From: Lepidodermella squamata | Lineage: Eukaryota > Animalia > Gastrotricha | Assembly (NCBI GenBank): GCA_047495785.1 | Contig: JBLDXI010000003.1 | Location: 4,402,001 to 4,466,000 of the forward strand | DNA: 64,000 bases | Direction: 5' to 3' | Part shown: positions 49,864 to 62,019 of the stretch, piece after piece | How the letters are laid out: every line of letters begins with the position of its first letter | Numbering within the stretch: the stretch's first letter is position 1 | The notes under the pieces: generated by a model | Seen by the model: only the letters and a program-made list of their open reading frames with translations | Told to the model about the DNA's origin: nothing | The model's database searches: none | Made by a program: the position numbers and the translations under genes

Positions 49864-51489
49864 TTAATTGCTGCCGCTCCATTTGATTCCTTTGAGAATA
49901 TCCTTGGCACGCTGCAAAGTCTCGTCTTTCTGTAGGGGTGAACAAAAATTACATCTTGGCGAAGCAAGTCGACAAATGACTATACCTTGATGAAGCAGAA
50001 TCGAATGTAATTCTCGGCTATATGCCTATGCTCTTCACTGTAGAAGCAAGTGACAGGGATAGTTGCAAGCTTGAGATTTTCCGTAAGCCAAGTGACAAAG
50101 CGGAAATCCATCGCCGCATTTTTCTCGGCTTCGGTTTTAGGCTCCGGTAATACATTTTTGTGTTTGGTGTAGTCTGCAAGCATGAAATAGCCACCTTGAG
50201 GCACAATCGGCACAAAGCCGGTACTGCGCAATACATCAGCCATCATGTCGCGTTTCGGCTTCAGCTCTTCGGCGAGAGATGTGAAATAGCAATCTGGCTT
50301 ACCAAGTCTTGCCAGCTCGTATTCAAAACCTGCCGCGACAGCCTCTTGTAAAGGCGTCGGACTTGTGTAGACACAGTTATGGTGGGCGATTTGCAGACAT
50401 TGAATCAGGTTTTTCGGGCCGATAGCCCAGCCGAGCTTCCAACCAGTTACGCTGAAAGTCTTACCAGCACTGCCAATCGTGACTGTGCGATCCCACATTC
50501 CAGGGATATTAGCGATACGCTCGTGTTTATTGGGCGGGATTGCAAGCCATTCGTAGACTTCGTCAGAAATGCATATAACGTCATGTTTAATGCAAAGACT
50601 AGCCACCATCTCAAGTTCGTCGCGAGTGAATGTTTTGCCGAGAGGGTTATTCGGTGAATTGATGATGAGGAACTTGGTTCGTGGCGAAAACGCAGCCTCG
50701 AGCTCAGCCGGATCCAACTTCCATTCGGCACTTGAATGTTCCCCGTTCTCGTTACTCTCGCTTAGAACCGGCGGTCGCAGAGGAACAAAGACCCCTTTGG
50801 CACCAGCCGTTTTAGCCATAGGTTTGTAGCAATCGAAAAACGGCTCAATAATGATGCACTCATCGCCGGGATTTAACAAGCTTTGGAACGAGCAGAAAAG
50901 CGCTTCGTATGCTCCTCCGGTAACAAGAATCTCCGTCAGTGGATCAATCGAACGATTGAACTCATTGGAATAAACTTTCGCTAAATTCTTTACTAAATTT
51001 AGGTTACCCTGCGTAAATAGGAATAAAGCTATCAGCAGCATATGAATTAAGAGCACTTACGTAACCGCGAGTATATTGATTTGCGAGAGGATTTTCGCTC
51101 AAAGTGATATCTGCCAAAGCTTGGCGAACTTGAATAGGTGCGCAGAAATCGGGAAACCCCTGGCCCAAGTTGCAAGCATTATGCTTGACAGCAAGGCCGG
51201 TAAATTGAACCCTATCAGCCAATATTTGAAAATGCGTTTGAAATTTTTCCAGGTTAATTGACAAACCATATGTTCTCTTCGGTTCCAACATATCGTTGAG
51301 CTAGTGTATGCTTTAATGAAGTCATGTTGCTTACAATCTAAAGCGAAAGCATGTTAATGAATCAAGCAAACACTCAACGCGGCGGGGCTGAATTTTAAAT
51401 TTCTCGTGCACAACATATTTCCAACATACCGGCAAAAAGTTGCGTTGAAAAGTGGAAGAAACCCGAGATGACAGCGAAATCATTCTCAT
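49864..51489 (-). CDS. KYAT3: Kynurenine aminotransferase / cysteine conjugate beta-lyase with optional mitochondrial presequence
   Basis: NLGQGFPDF, NQYTRGY, NSPNNPLGK, SDEVYE, PLP lysine motif GSAGKTFSVTGWKLGW, IRFCFIK|KDETL; first exon MRMISLSSRVSSTFQRNFLP is in frame with a second ATG at 51325. Confidence 0.92.
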
Positions 51490-53279
51490 CGAATCGTTGA
51501 GTATGTCAACAATAAAAATTCCTGCAAGCAGCTTAAATGTTTAGGATTTCATTAGAATAAAGGTATCTGAATGCGCATGACTTCTTCACTGGGGAATTCA
51601 AAATTTTCGTGATAGCCAACAAATTGTCACAAATTTGTTTTTCTAATCCTAATGAAAGAAACCCCGATTTCAACGTAACACAAAATGAATAACGCTCGAC
51701 GTTTAGGCGTATATAGTCTAGTTCCGAAATGTCAACTACCAATATTGCGCAAGCTCATAACCTAATTGGATGTACCAAGAAAACAAGAAAACCAAGAAAA
51801 CTCCGATACTAGAAACTGCCTCTGAGAGTAGCTCCTCTTGAAGTACCCCGTAAAACTTCAAGTAGTATGTCTTTACACCTGGAGGTGTTGGTAGTTGGTT
51901 AAACCGTCCACTATTCCGAGAGTAGCTACTCCCAGAGTAGGCTTCTCTAAGAGTTGCCCCCATATTATGAAATACAAGTCGACGTAAGCTCTCCATAACA
52001 GTCCACCAGCGCGTTCGGTGAATTACGGACAGTTCACTGTCCCGGGGACGGCTGTCTCCGCATGGACGGAACATGATTCGCCGTCTGGGACCTTCTCTTA
52101 AATTACGGGACACTGAATCGCCCAGCGTTTACAAGCAGGCCCCTTGAAGAGACCGTACCCCTGGAATGAAAAAAAACTAACGAACGAAACCCCACCCCAT
52201 TCATTTCCATAAAAATCCATAAAAAATTTGAACATTTTCCCCGCAAAATCTTGACGCATCAAATTACTTACTTTGTTATTATTTTGAAAAAATCAACAAA
52301 ATTATCAACGCAACAATTACAAAAAATCACCTGATCGAAAGCCCCGCGAACGGGAAATGTCGCAGAAAGTCTGGTTCTTGTTTCTTGTGTCTTTGACGCG
52401 GAATTCCTTTGGATGCTCGGAAGTCGGAATGCCATGAACATCGGGCTCATCGAGTCTCGTGTCGGCTAATGGACGTCCTCCTCCAAGCTGATTCTTACAG
52501 CGCGCCGTAATCAGGGCACTCATGACGAAGCCAGAGTCCCTCATTCACAGCCTTCGTTGGATTCCGCTAGTTGGAACTCAAGGAAAGGTCATGCCATCAA
52601 AGTTGTCTTGCAGTTGCTGATCGGTGACGCCCCTGACCTACTCAAGGTTGATTTCACAAATAGAGAAGCCGCGAGGGAAACGTGCGAAATTAGACATGGA
52701 TGTCTTTCTTTCCGTAGACCCCAGCAGAACCACCACCAACAATGAACGGCGTGGAATAAAGATTTCCACTTCAATTAATTTTGTCCAAGCACACGCGTCA
52801 AGCTGTGATTCGGAAATATTCGGAGATAGGAAGCGGTGATATGTCTTTTAGACACCCTGGGGTTGTAGTCACCCTATAGGATTTTTTAAATTTAGGGTTG
52901 TCGAAAAAGCTACCATTCGACTCCAATGAGTCAAAGAAACAACTCGAAAAAATGATTTTATAAGAAACTAAATGCATTTTTCTAGTTTAACTGCCTATTC
53001 GATTGTACCACACGGCCTGAGTAAACTATTACCGCGGCCTCTTTGATCGATGAAACTGAATCTGTATTAAATCTTCTATGCGATATCTTCTTATTTTAAT
53101 TAAGCAGCTATTGTGAAACAACCCTTTGTCAACGATTTCTTCGCGATATCTTCCATTACATTTTTAAACATTTCCCTTTATCTTAAATTGCATGGCGCTA
53201 TGGATTCTTAGCCATCAACGGGCTTCATTTATATCTTGAATGCGTTTTATTAAATTCTCTAGGTAGTTTATGGAATATA

Positions 53280-56200
53280 ATGCAGGGGACAAAGCGTAAC
53301 GATGAAGAAAAGCAACAAGAATTCTGGAGAAATAATCGTCCCAACAAAGGCGGCAGCCCTCAAGTGAACAACGCCTCAAACCCCAGCGCTTCTAATGAAG
53401 CAGGGAGTGCAAAGCGGCAAAACAACCAAAATAGCGCTAATCGTAACTCCAATTCAGCCAAAAAGGATGGCCAGAAACCGAGCAGCGCCAGTCAGGGGAG
53501 CAGTGGGAAAGCGCAACAGCAAACACCCAAAGTGCCTTCGAAAACGTCAGACTATCAGCATCACAACAGTTTGATATTCGCCTGCTATAAAATACATAAT
53601 GTTTCATGTTTTATGTTTAGGCGGAGGGCACTCTTCATCCCGATCTGTCAATCCGGTAGCTGACCTTTTTAAGACGCCAAGCTCTTCGAAGCCGACTAAT
53701 TCGCGTCAAAATTCGCTTCACGCACCCAATTCAGGAAATGAGGGCGCTACCCCAACCCGCGGTGGAGCGTCGAACTCCCGAGGAGACCAGTCAGATCAGA
53801 AGTATTCTGCTGTGAAAAAAGCGCAAGAAACTCCTCAGAGCGTGGAACAGGAATCGCCTTCTATGCCTCGCTCCGTTCGACAGTCATCCAACAAAGCCGA
53901 CGCCGACGCATACAGAAAACGCTACAAAGGTCTGATGTGACAATTTGCATTATGCCTTATACTCTGGTTTCCTTTCTATTCTGAATTTAGCTTTAGTTTC
54001 CGAAATTCCGGCGGAGATTCAAGCCAAGCTGAAAGACAACTTTGTCAACTTGACTGATGTAATATCTATTTTGATCGCTTCTTGGATGTAATCTAATCTC
54101 CTCAATTATTTTGCAGAAGCGCGACAAAGTAGGGTTCCATTGTGACCCGTGCTCCTGCAATTTCGGAACTCTTGACGAAGCTCTCGAACATATTGACTCT
54201 TTCTGGCTTCATCTATACAAAAAACAAGTATTAAACTCAACCGTCCTTTGCGTTTTGGATGAAACATTTTTTTTAAATTATAATAGTTGCGTAAAAAGCC
54301 ACTGCCAGCTGTCACCCTGCCTGCTGAGCACGCAGAGATGATAACTCATTTGATTAATCAAATTTACGATGACAACGCTGCTGCTGATGAAGATTACGTG
54401 AGATGGGCGAAAATAGCTGCTGAGCTCCAGTCGCGCCTGGTCGAAGTTCTCGAAACAGTAAAGGTTGAACCAGCCGGCCTTCAAGGGTGCCACTTATCGC
54501 TGAAAACGGATGTTTTAAATCTCTGTCTTTCATCGACGGACGGCAAAGCGCAAAATCCAGCTTGCCTGCTCGCTACTCTGTATCAGAATCCTGAGCTTTC
54601 TGCCCGCTGCGGTCTTGTGTTCGAAAGCGCATCCGCAGGCGATGACAATTTGCGGTTAATACGACGTGCTAAATTTTCTTATTCGGCTGAGACCACCCCG
54701 GTTTCCATTACTCTCAGTGTCATGTGTCTCGATCCCGTTACTAAAGCTCTGCTTGACCTGTACCGAACCCACCAGCCCGAGATTTTGCCCCGCCTGGCCA
54801 TCGCTTTTGAATTCTGGGCAAAGTGTGTTGGATTCTTTGAAAATAACGTCCTGATTCCTGAAGCTTTAGCAGTAATGACTGCTCACTTTTTGCAACATTG
54901 CACGCCCGCTGTTCTTCCCATTATTCAGCCAGGAGAAATCAGAGCGAATGCTCCCAATTTCAAATCTCAGAATAAAAATTCATTAGGCCAACTTTGGGTC
55001 TCGATGCTTCACTACTTCTCTTTCGTTTTTTCGTACGACAAATTCGCTGTCGATATCGTGTCACCTCGCGGAAATCTATCCCTTCGGGATCCAGAGGCAA
55101 AACATTCAAATCGACGCCGGTTATTCGTTAACACAGCTCACGCCGATGTTCAGCAGCGGTTCAATCTCGCCCGCCTCTTGAAACCAGATTTGATGTTCGA
55201 CTTCTTCCATGACCGAATCATGTGGGCATTCAAGTATTTTTCAACTCTGCCGGAAAATCGCCCGCCACTTGTCGATGTACCGAGCTCGGTTGTTGCGAAT
55301 CTGACCGAGAAAATGGAGAAAGCTTCGTTGAAGACTGACAAAGAGGAGCTGCAACGAGAAGTCTGGGCTTCTCAATTCGTTAATGGCGTCGTGGCGACTT
55401 CGATTGACGAAGTTTCTAGTCCCGAGGCGAGTAACCAGCTTTGCAATGAGCTGGCTAATAAAATAGTGGCCGAGGTGATCCGCGAGGCGCTGCTAACACT
55501 GTCTGATGACAACGTTAGTTCTGAAATTGTTGCCACGGTTACGGATAAGGGATTTATTTTTTCACGGCAAGTCTTTCTAAGCAACCCGGTTGTAACTTTC
55601 CCCGTGGCTTGCAATTATTGCGGTACGATATCAGATCACGCTTCTGCGACTTGCAAACGTATCATATGGACGAAACCGGAACCTTTGCCACCTATGACCG
55701 ACACTTACATGCGTACCCTCGATCGCGCTGTTAACTCCGTAGTCAAAGACATGAGTAACTGGCCTGACTGGAATCGTCAGATAGATTTGGTGGTTTCGGA
55801 CGTGATGAATGCGATTCAAGAGCAATTCCCAGACGCGAATTTGCATTTGTATGGGTCGTGCAGGAACGGTTTCCAGGTGTGGCCGTGTGACGTTGATTTG
55901 TGCCTCACTTTCACTGGGAAAGACAACGGCGTGCCTGCCGACCAGGTGGAACGGATTCTTGTCACCATCAAGAAATTGTTGCAAAAAAGCCGGCGTTTCG
56001 TAATGACAATAGCTGTGACTAGTTGCCGTGTGCCGGTCGTTAAATTCGTGCACCGCGAGACGGAACTCGAGGGCGATATTTGTCTATACAATCAATTGGC
56101 CCTGCACAACACCCGGCTACTGCAAACCTACTCGGCGCTAGACGATCGATGCCGCATGCTTGGATTGATGGCTAAGCACGTGTTCAAACAAGCCGATGTA

Positions 56201-59080
56201 AGTTCATTTTCATCGACCCAAGTTTATTGTTGTCCGTTGTCGATTTTATAACCGATCGATTAATTTGATTTTCTTTGTTTTATCACAAGATTTGCGACGC
56301 CAGCCGAGGATTTCTGTCGTCATATGCCTACATTTTGATGGTGATTTACTACCTGCAACACCGTTCACCTGCTGTTCTACCTTGTCTGCAGCAGTTGGAA
56401 CCGAAAAAGGGCTTGCGGACTTCACGAGTGGTCGATGGCTGGGATACTTGGTTCTTCGAAGACAGTATAGAAGCGACGGTGAGAACGATGCTTATTTTTG
56501 TTATTGGCACGTCACCAGGCGTGCACCGCGAGGTGTCGTTAATGATTCACGACGTCTTAGTTATTAATGAGATGCGCGAAATCAATTCGTAAAATATGCA
56601 TGTGCCAGCTCACTTGGGCTCATGAATTTTTATTGCTTCCCTCGTGTTTTGTCTCGTTGCATCCGTAATTGCAAGGTGCTATTTTTTTCATCTGGTCTAG
56701 TTTCGGTTCACGCGCTCAATTATTCATTAACTAACACGCGTGTTTTTATGTATTGTTTTCGCTCTTCCTTCTGCAGAGATCGGCGTGGTCTGGCTTTGGG
56801 CTTAATAAAGAATCGATCGGCAGCTTGTGGCTAGGCTTTTTGCGCTTCTACACTGAACAGTTCGACCTTGCTAATCAAGTCGTCGCTATACGTCAGCTCG
56901 AACCTTTGCTGAAACTCGAGAAAAGCATCGACTCGCATGTGCTGGCCATCGAGGACCCATTCAACCTCAGCCACAACCTTGGCAGTGGACTTCGCGCGAC
57001 TGGTGCGTTTTATTCGATTACTGTCATACTGCCCTATCATAATGCTAGACGTATTTTTGCCCCGAAAATAAGTCTGATGTTTGCGAGCATTTTTTCATTT
57101 CCGCTGCGCGATGTCGCAATATCCGCCTTAAAATTGAATAAAACTACCAAATATTTGGTTGCGGCCGCTTTATTTGAATTCAATTTCGCCGCAACTGCCC
57201 TGAAATGTGCAGCAAATATTTGCGATTGTCTGGTGTGAAAAACTGAATATTGCCGTTTTGATTACTCATCGCCGTAAATTTACAATCACTTCTCAATTTT
57301 TTTATCTCCAGCTTACGCGCATATAATGAAAGTGTTCGTCAAGGCCAGGGCACATTTTGGAACGCCGATGGAAACTTTGCCACAGGGTCACAAAACCTGG
57401 GAGGTAAGGCTTTATACTGATATGGACGATTTGAAAAAACTGGCACGCTTTTGTTTTAGAAGTACCTTTTAGATCCAAATCAATATTCGGTTGCTGACGG
57501 GCCGACTGGCTTTCAGTGTCACTTTTGCAAGTGTGTTGGACACACTTACGCCAAGTGCGAGCGTCGATTAGCGGCCCTCGAGGAGGAGAAAGAAGAGCAC
57601 CTACGACTGCAGCAAATGCGCCTTGAGCAGCAGCGGCAAATGCATCAACAAGCCGCCGCTCTCATGGTAATTCTAAGCTTTTTGTCTGATGCGCCCTAAT
57701 AGCGCTTTAATTTTTAATGCTAAAACGATTCGTGTCTAACATCTCATTGTATCTAAACTTGAACATGCAAGTTTTCGAAATTTTATGATTTACCCGGCAA
57801 AGTATTATCCGGATTCGATTTGGCAGGTTATTTGGGTCACAAAATTAATGTCGCGAAATTCGACCTGTTTAATATTGATTTTTCTATCGATTTAGGGCTC
57901 TGGGGCGTCGCCACGAGGTGCCCCGTACCAGCGTCCTATGGGAGGACAAGCGCCGGCTGTTCGGCCGCCTGGTTTGCCTAATCAGGCACAGCAGAACAAC
58001 GTTGTCGACGCCAACGGTGTTTCACTGCCGATTTCAGCTCTGATGACACCTAACAAGGACCAAATGGACAAAATGAACAGCGCTGCAGCGGCCTCGTCAG
58101 CTAAGCCTAGTAACGGAGACCCGGCTGTTGCTCATGCTCTCGCTCAGCTTTACCCCGATCTGGTCGGTTCAACCAAGGGCAGTAGCGCTGGCAGTCAGAA
58201 CTCTGCGCCGGTCTCCAATGCCTTTTTGAATTCTCTCACGTCGACTTTGACGCCGCTTCTCGTTGATTGCCACGCCCATCGCCAGTCTTTGCTTTCAATG
58301 AACCAAGTGTTGACGCAGCTCTATTCAGCTTTAACTATGCTAACAACGCAACTTGAGCAAAGTTCGCAGCAGCAGAACTCACTGAGTCAATCGCCAGGTC
58401 AAAATCAACAGATGACTCAGCAGTTGACTGTCGTTGTAGACCAGTTACGAACGGGAATCGGCGCGTTCGGCGGACATGTCGTCCAGTGCTGCCATCATTT
58501 TGACACACAAATCTCGGCACCGGTTTTGCAGCTCGCGAGTCAGATTCATCAACAACAGCAAGTCATGGCCTCAAGCCCGTCCTCCTCGTCTTCGCTCGTA
58601 CCGACGCCGACGAGTTCGGCGCCTATGCTTCAGCAGCCCAATCACCCAGCTGTACAGCAGCAGCAGCAACAGCAACAGCAGCAGCAAGTAGGAAGTCGCA
58701 TTCAACAGATGCAGATGGCCGCTATGCAAGCGTCGTCAAGCGTGGCCCAAAGTGGTTCGCCTCTCTCCCTGCCCCAACTTCAGCAATGGCTGCAGCAAAA
58801 TCAAAACATCCCTGCGTCATCGTTAGGTGTTGCCCCGTCCGCTTCGCGATTCCCTGGAATGCTTTTCCCGGCCGAACAAGGTACCCAGAACCATGGCCAT
58901 TATGCCATGCCACAACAAGCGCAACAAGCCGCTCAGTACCAATCATTGTTCGGCATGCCTGTTAATCTTGCCGCTCAAATCAAAGCGTCGTCGTCGGAAA
59001 CTGCTGCCAGTCACTCGGCTCCCGCATTCGCATCGCCATTCCCATCAGCTTTGTTCGGTAGCTCGGACAAGCCTCAATAA
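53280..59080 (+). CDS. TUT7: Terminal uridylyltransferase 4/7-like (ZCCHC11/ZCCHC6)
   Basis: C2H2-like CDPCSCNF..HIDSFWLH, degenerate N-terminal NTase/PAP-associated module, knuckle CNYCGTISDHASATC, active NTase YGSCRNGF..DVDLCL..EGDI, IEDPFNLSHNLG, knuckle CHFCKCVGHTYAKC, long Q-rich tail; multiple GT-AG introns. TUT4 versus TUT7 not resolvable. Confidence 0.9.
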
Positions 59081-59899
59081 GCGGCGCCCTGCATTTCGAT
59101 ATGCTCATTACCCGTTATGGCTTACTTCTTATTTGTGTCTTGTCTTGTTTTTTTCAACCATTCAACCCGCGAATATTCTACTATCTATGCTATCTTTGTA
59201 AATATCTCGATAAAAAGTCTAGCTTTTGATCTAAATAATATAAGCAACGTTATGTTCTAATTGCTATGTAAATTGATGTACCAATCTTTGCGTCTTGTTG
59301 GAATTGTTGTTTAAAGCTACCAATAATTTACATGTAAAAACGATCATTTTCAGATCGCAGCCACCTTTCATTGATAACGACGATGACATTTGATGTTCAA
59401 ATTGGATCATTATCGTCTGCCGTCTGTGATTCATGATGACTTCTCCAACATGACGATGATACTTTTGCTTGTTAAATCTCGTTATGTTGAAGTAAAAAGA
59501 CATGAGCGTCGTTGGCACTCGGTTTTTGCTATTAATTTTACCATTCACCTCAGATGATGGGTTTATTTTCGAAGTGACAACCAGAATGGCCTACCTTGTG
59601 TTAAGCGGTTATCAAATTCGATGAGAGATACTTTGTAAGTACTTGGTTGTTGCGGATAAGTAGAAGGCAGATACGCAGAAGCTGAAGCAGGAGAAGATTG
59701 TTTTCTGGCGATCATTATAAACCATAAACTTACACTTCGTTGTGTACTCGAGATCAAATAATGCCAATGAAATTATCATTCATCAAAACTGGTCACACCG
59801 CACTGACTTGACCGCAGCCACCCACTAATAGAAATCGCCGCCGAACAAAAAAAGTTAAACTTTTCACGTCCAGAACCCTATCGGCATGACCAGGCCGAA

Positions 59900-60045
59900 C
59901 TGACTCTGTATTCGGTTCTGTCGAACAATCACGGTTTTGGCAAACATGAGTCTCGGTTGATTCACGTCTTTTCGACCTTACCGAACTTGGTTAGGTACTT
60001 TGTTAGACAAACTATGCCCAAGTTGTAAATTTGTACGGGTGCACT
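59900..60045 (-). pseudogene. Degenerate remnant of the adjacent RRM gene
   Basis: CCGAACTTGG (59981 vs 60993) and CTGTCGAA (59918 vs 60930) recur at an identical 1012-nt offset; reads LTKFGKVEKT*INRD..FDRTE versus [20 protein letters not shown]. Confidence 0.55.
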
Positions 60046-60352
60046 ACCGTAAAGGAACGCCTCGTCAGGAGAACGCATTATATCAACTCATGAATATGTA
60101 CTTCGAGCTCTTCGAATGACTGAAAACCGTATCGCTTATTAGTTCAGATAAAAACAAGAAGTAATTTTTACGCACACATTTTTTATTTAAAGTGTTCCAT
60201 CAAGTGCCAGGCACCACCAAACGTAACAAAACGTAAGCATTAACGATCTCTGCAATCACTAAACACTGAATCGTCTCATCTATTGCTGATGAGGCACCGG
60301 AAGAACAATTTAACTACAAGTTCGAATCAGCCGAGTGATTGAGTGACTTGAC

Positions 60353-61090
60353 TTAATAGCCGCCGTTGCTGTAGCCACGGCTGCCGCCCTTGGGGCAATC
60401 GCGAGCCATGTGACCGCTCTCGCCGCAGTTGTAGCAACCGCCGCGACCCTGGGGACGACCACCACCACCATTGCTGGGTCCAGACGGGCATTCGCGAGAG
60501 AAGTGTCCGCTTTGGCCGCAATTGTAGCAGCTACCACCACCACGTCCTAAAATAGGAAAAATTCAATTAGGTGAATAAGTGAATAAAATACACTTGGGGC
60601 ATACCTCGGCTGCTGCTGCCGCCGAATCCACCGCCGTAGCCACCGCCATAGCCACCATCTAGTAAAGCAAACAAATAACGTGTAATTTTCAACCCAAATA
60701 TTTTGGACTAATTGATGGTAGTACCTCGGCTGCCACCACCGAATCCACCACGGCCTAATGAACGAATGTTCAGACTAATCGGTAACGACAGTAGCGTGGA
60801 AACTTACCACCAAAACCTCCACGGCTGCCACCTCCGGGGCGCTTCTGGCCAGCGACTTCAACACGGATCTTGCAACCAGCAACAGTGGCACCGTTCAAGT
60901 TGCGGACGGCTTCATCAGCACAGTCAGGGCTGTCGAAGGTGACGAATCCGAAGCCAGGACGATCGCGGCTAATCCAAACGTCAGAGACGGCGCCGAACTT
61001 GGCAAAAGCATCTTCCAATTCAGTCTGGTCAGTGTCCTTCTCGAGACCGCCAATGTACAGTTTGCAATCTGGGTTACCGTTACGAGCCAT
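60353..61090 (-). CDS. SRSF3/7-type RRM + Gly/RGG-rich linker + two CCHC zinc knuckles, no RS domain
   Basis: [40 protein letters not shown]; microexons 60754-60725 and 60658-60605; final exon [14 protein letters not shown] and [14 protein letters not shown], stop at 60353. Confidence 0.9.
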
Positions 61091-61205
61091 GGCACTTTCT
61101 GAAAACACTTTCAACTCACTAATAAAACATTAAAATAAATATATAGGGCTAGACTTGAAATCATTTGGGGATTCGGAAAAGTATGAAGAGGGTAAATAGC
61201 AAGGG

Positions 61206-61322
61206 GGATGTTATCAGCGAGTCTTGAATCAAGGAAAATAACCCACGAGACGCTATCTCTAGTAGCTGATGGAACTACAGTAGATAACTACAAACTTATG
61301 CTAATGTAGACAAATCAGCAAT
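61206..61322 (-). ncRNA. Candidate box H/ACA snoRNA in 5' UTR intron of the RRM-CCHC gene
   Basis: Hairpin GCUGAU[UUGU]CUACA..UGUAG[UUCC]AUCAGC, hinge AGAGAUA 14 nt below the pocket, second hairpin AGCG..CGCU, ACA at 61211-61209; the H box deviates from ANANNA. Confidence 0.6.
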
Positions 61323-61631
61323 TCTACTTAAATAAATACAAACCCGCAAAACCGCAGGGTTCAAGCTTTGAAAATCACCTGCACTTTATTAAAAATACAA
61401 CTATAATCAAAATACGCATCAGTCAATGGGACTTCAGTGCCATGGATCAGGTAGCAATGCCAAATGAGCGCGCAGCTTCCCGGCGCAACTTCAAAAAAAA
61501 CTTACGCGCCGCGGCGTGGTCGGACGAGAGTTTTTCTCGCATATAATTAACAAATTTAAATTTACTTACCGCCTACTTTAAATAACGAAAGTGTATTTGC
61601 AGAATAACAGAAAACACATTTTGTGAGGTAT

Positions 61632-61766
61632 AAAGAATCAAAGGGGGCATCACAAGGCGAGGAGGGTCAATGCAGTGTGGTGAAGTTCGCTAGGTCGTCG
61701 TGTCGCAAGGCGCTTACACTTGCTTGCGAACACACACGGGCTTGAGCCAAGGCCTCTTTTGTCTCT
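61632..61766. promoter_or_regulatory. Compact bidirectional promoter with TOP/TCT-like pyrimidine initiators
   Basis: Minus-strand CCCCCTTTGATTCTTT from 61647 and plus-strand CCTCTTTTGTCTCT from 61753, between the divergent RRM-CCHC and RPL7A genes. Confidence 0.5.
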
Positions 61767-62019
61767 ACCAAAGACCAAATACTGTGGATGACCGAAAATG
61801 AGGGCTCTCCTGAAGTGATAAATTTTCTGCTCGCTATGCGCTATGCCTGTTGAAATACGCGTTATCTGCACATTTACTTTTGTGAATTGAACTACTTAAT
61901 ACTTGCTCATGCATTTCTCATCAGAATGATAATAATCACTTGAATCCCTCTGGCCAAACCTTGCTATCATTAAGATTTATTATTCTTACTCGATTTGTTT
62001 TGATTTAGATCCCTAGAGG

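Noticed and set aside
51530-52900. Short ORFs and a GACACCCTG Tc1-like end between KYAT and TUT
   Set aside because: No matching second terminus or protein motif.
1-59080. Immune gene cluster (SH2 kinase, SYK, STAT-like, Ly6, TUT)
   Set aside because: The genes are interleaved with housekeeping genes; co-location alone is not evidence.
59989-59998. ACCTAACC as a telomerase RNA template
   Set aside because: An 8-nt match is expected by chance, and the region is better explained as an RRM pseudogene.
61770-61980. Possible snoRNA or autoregulatory hairpin upstream of RPL7A (AATGATA/TATCATT stem, ATGA..CTGA)
   Set aside because: Box spacing and stems are inadequate for a C/D or H/ACA call.
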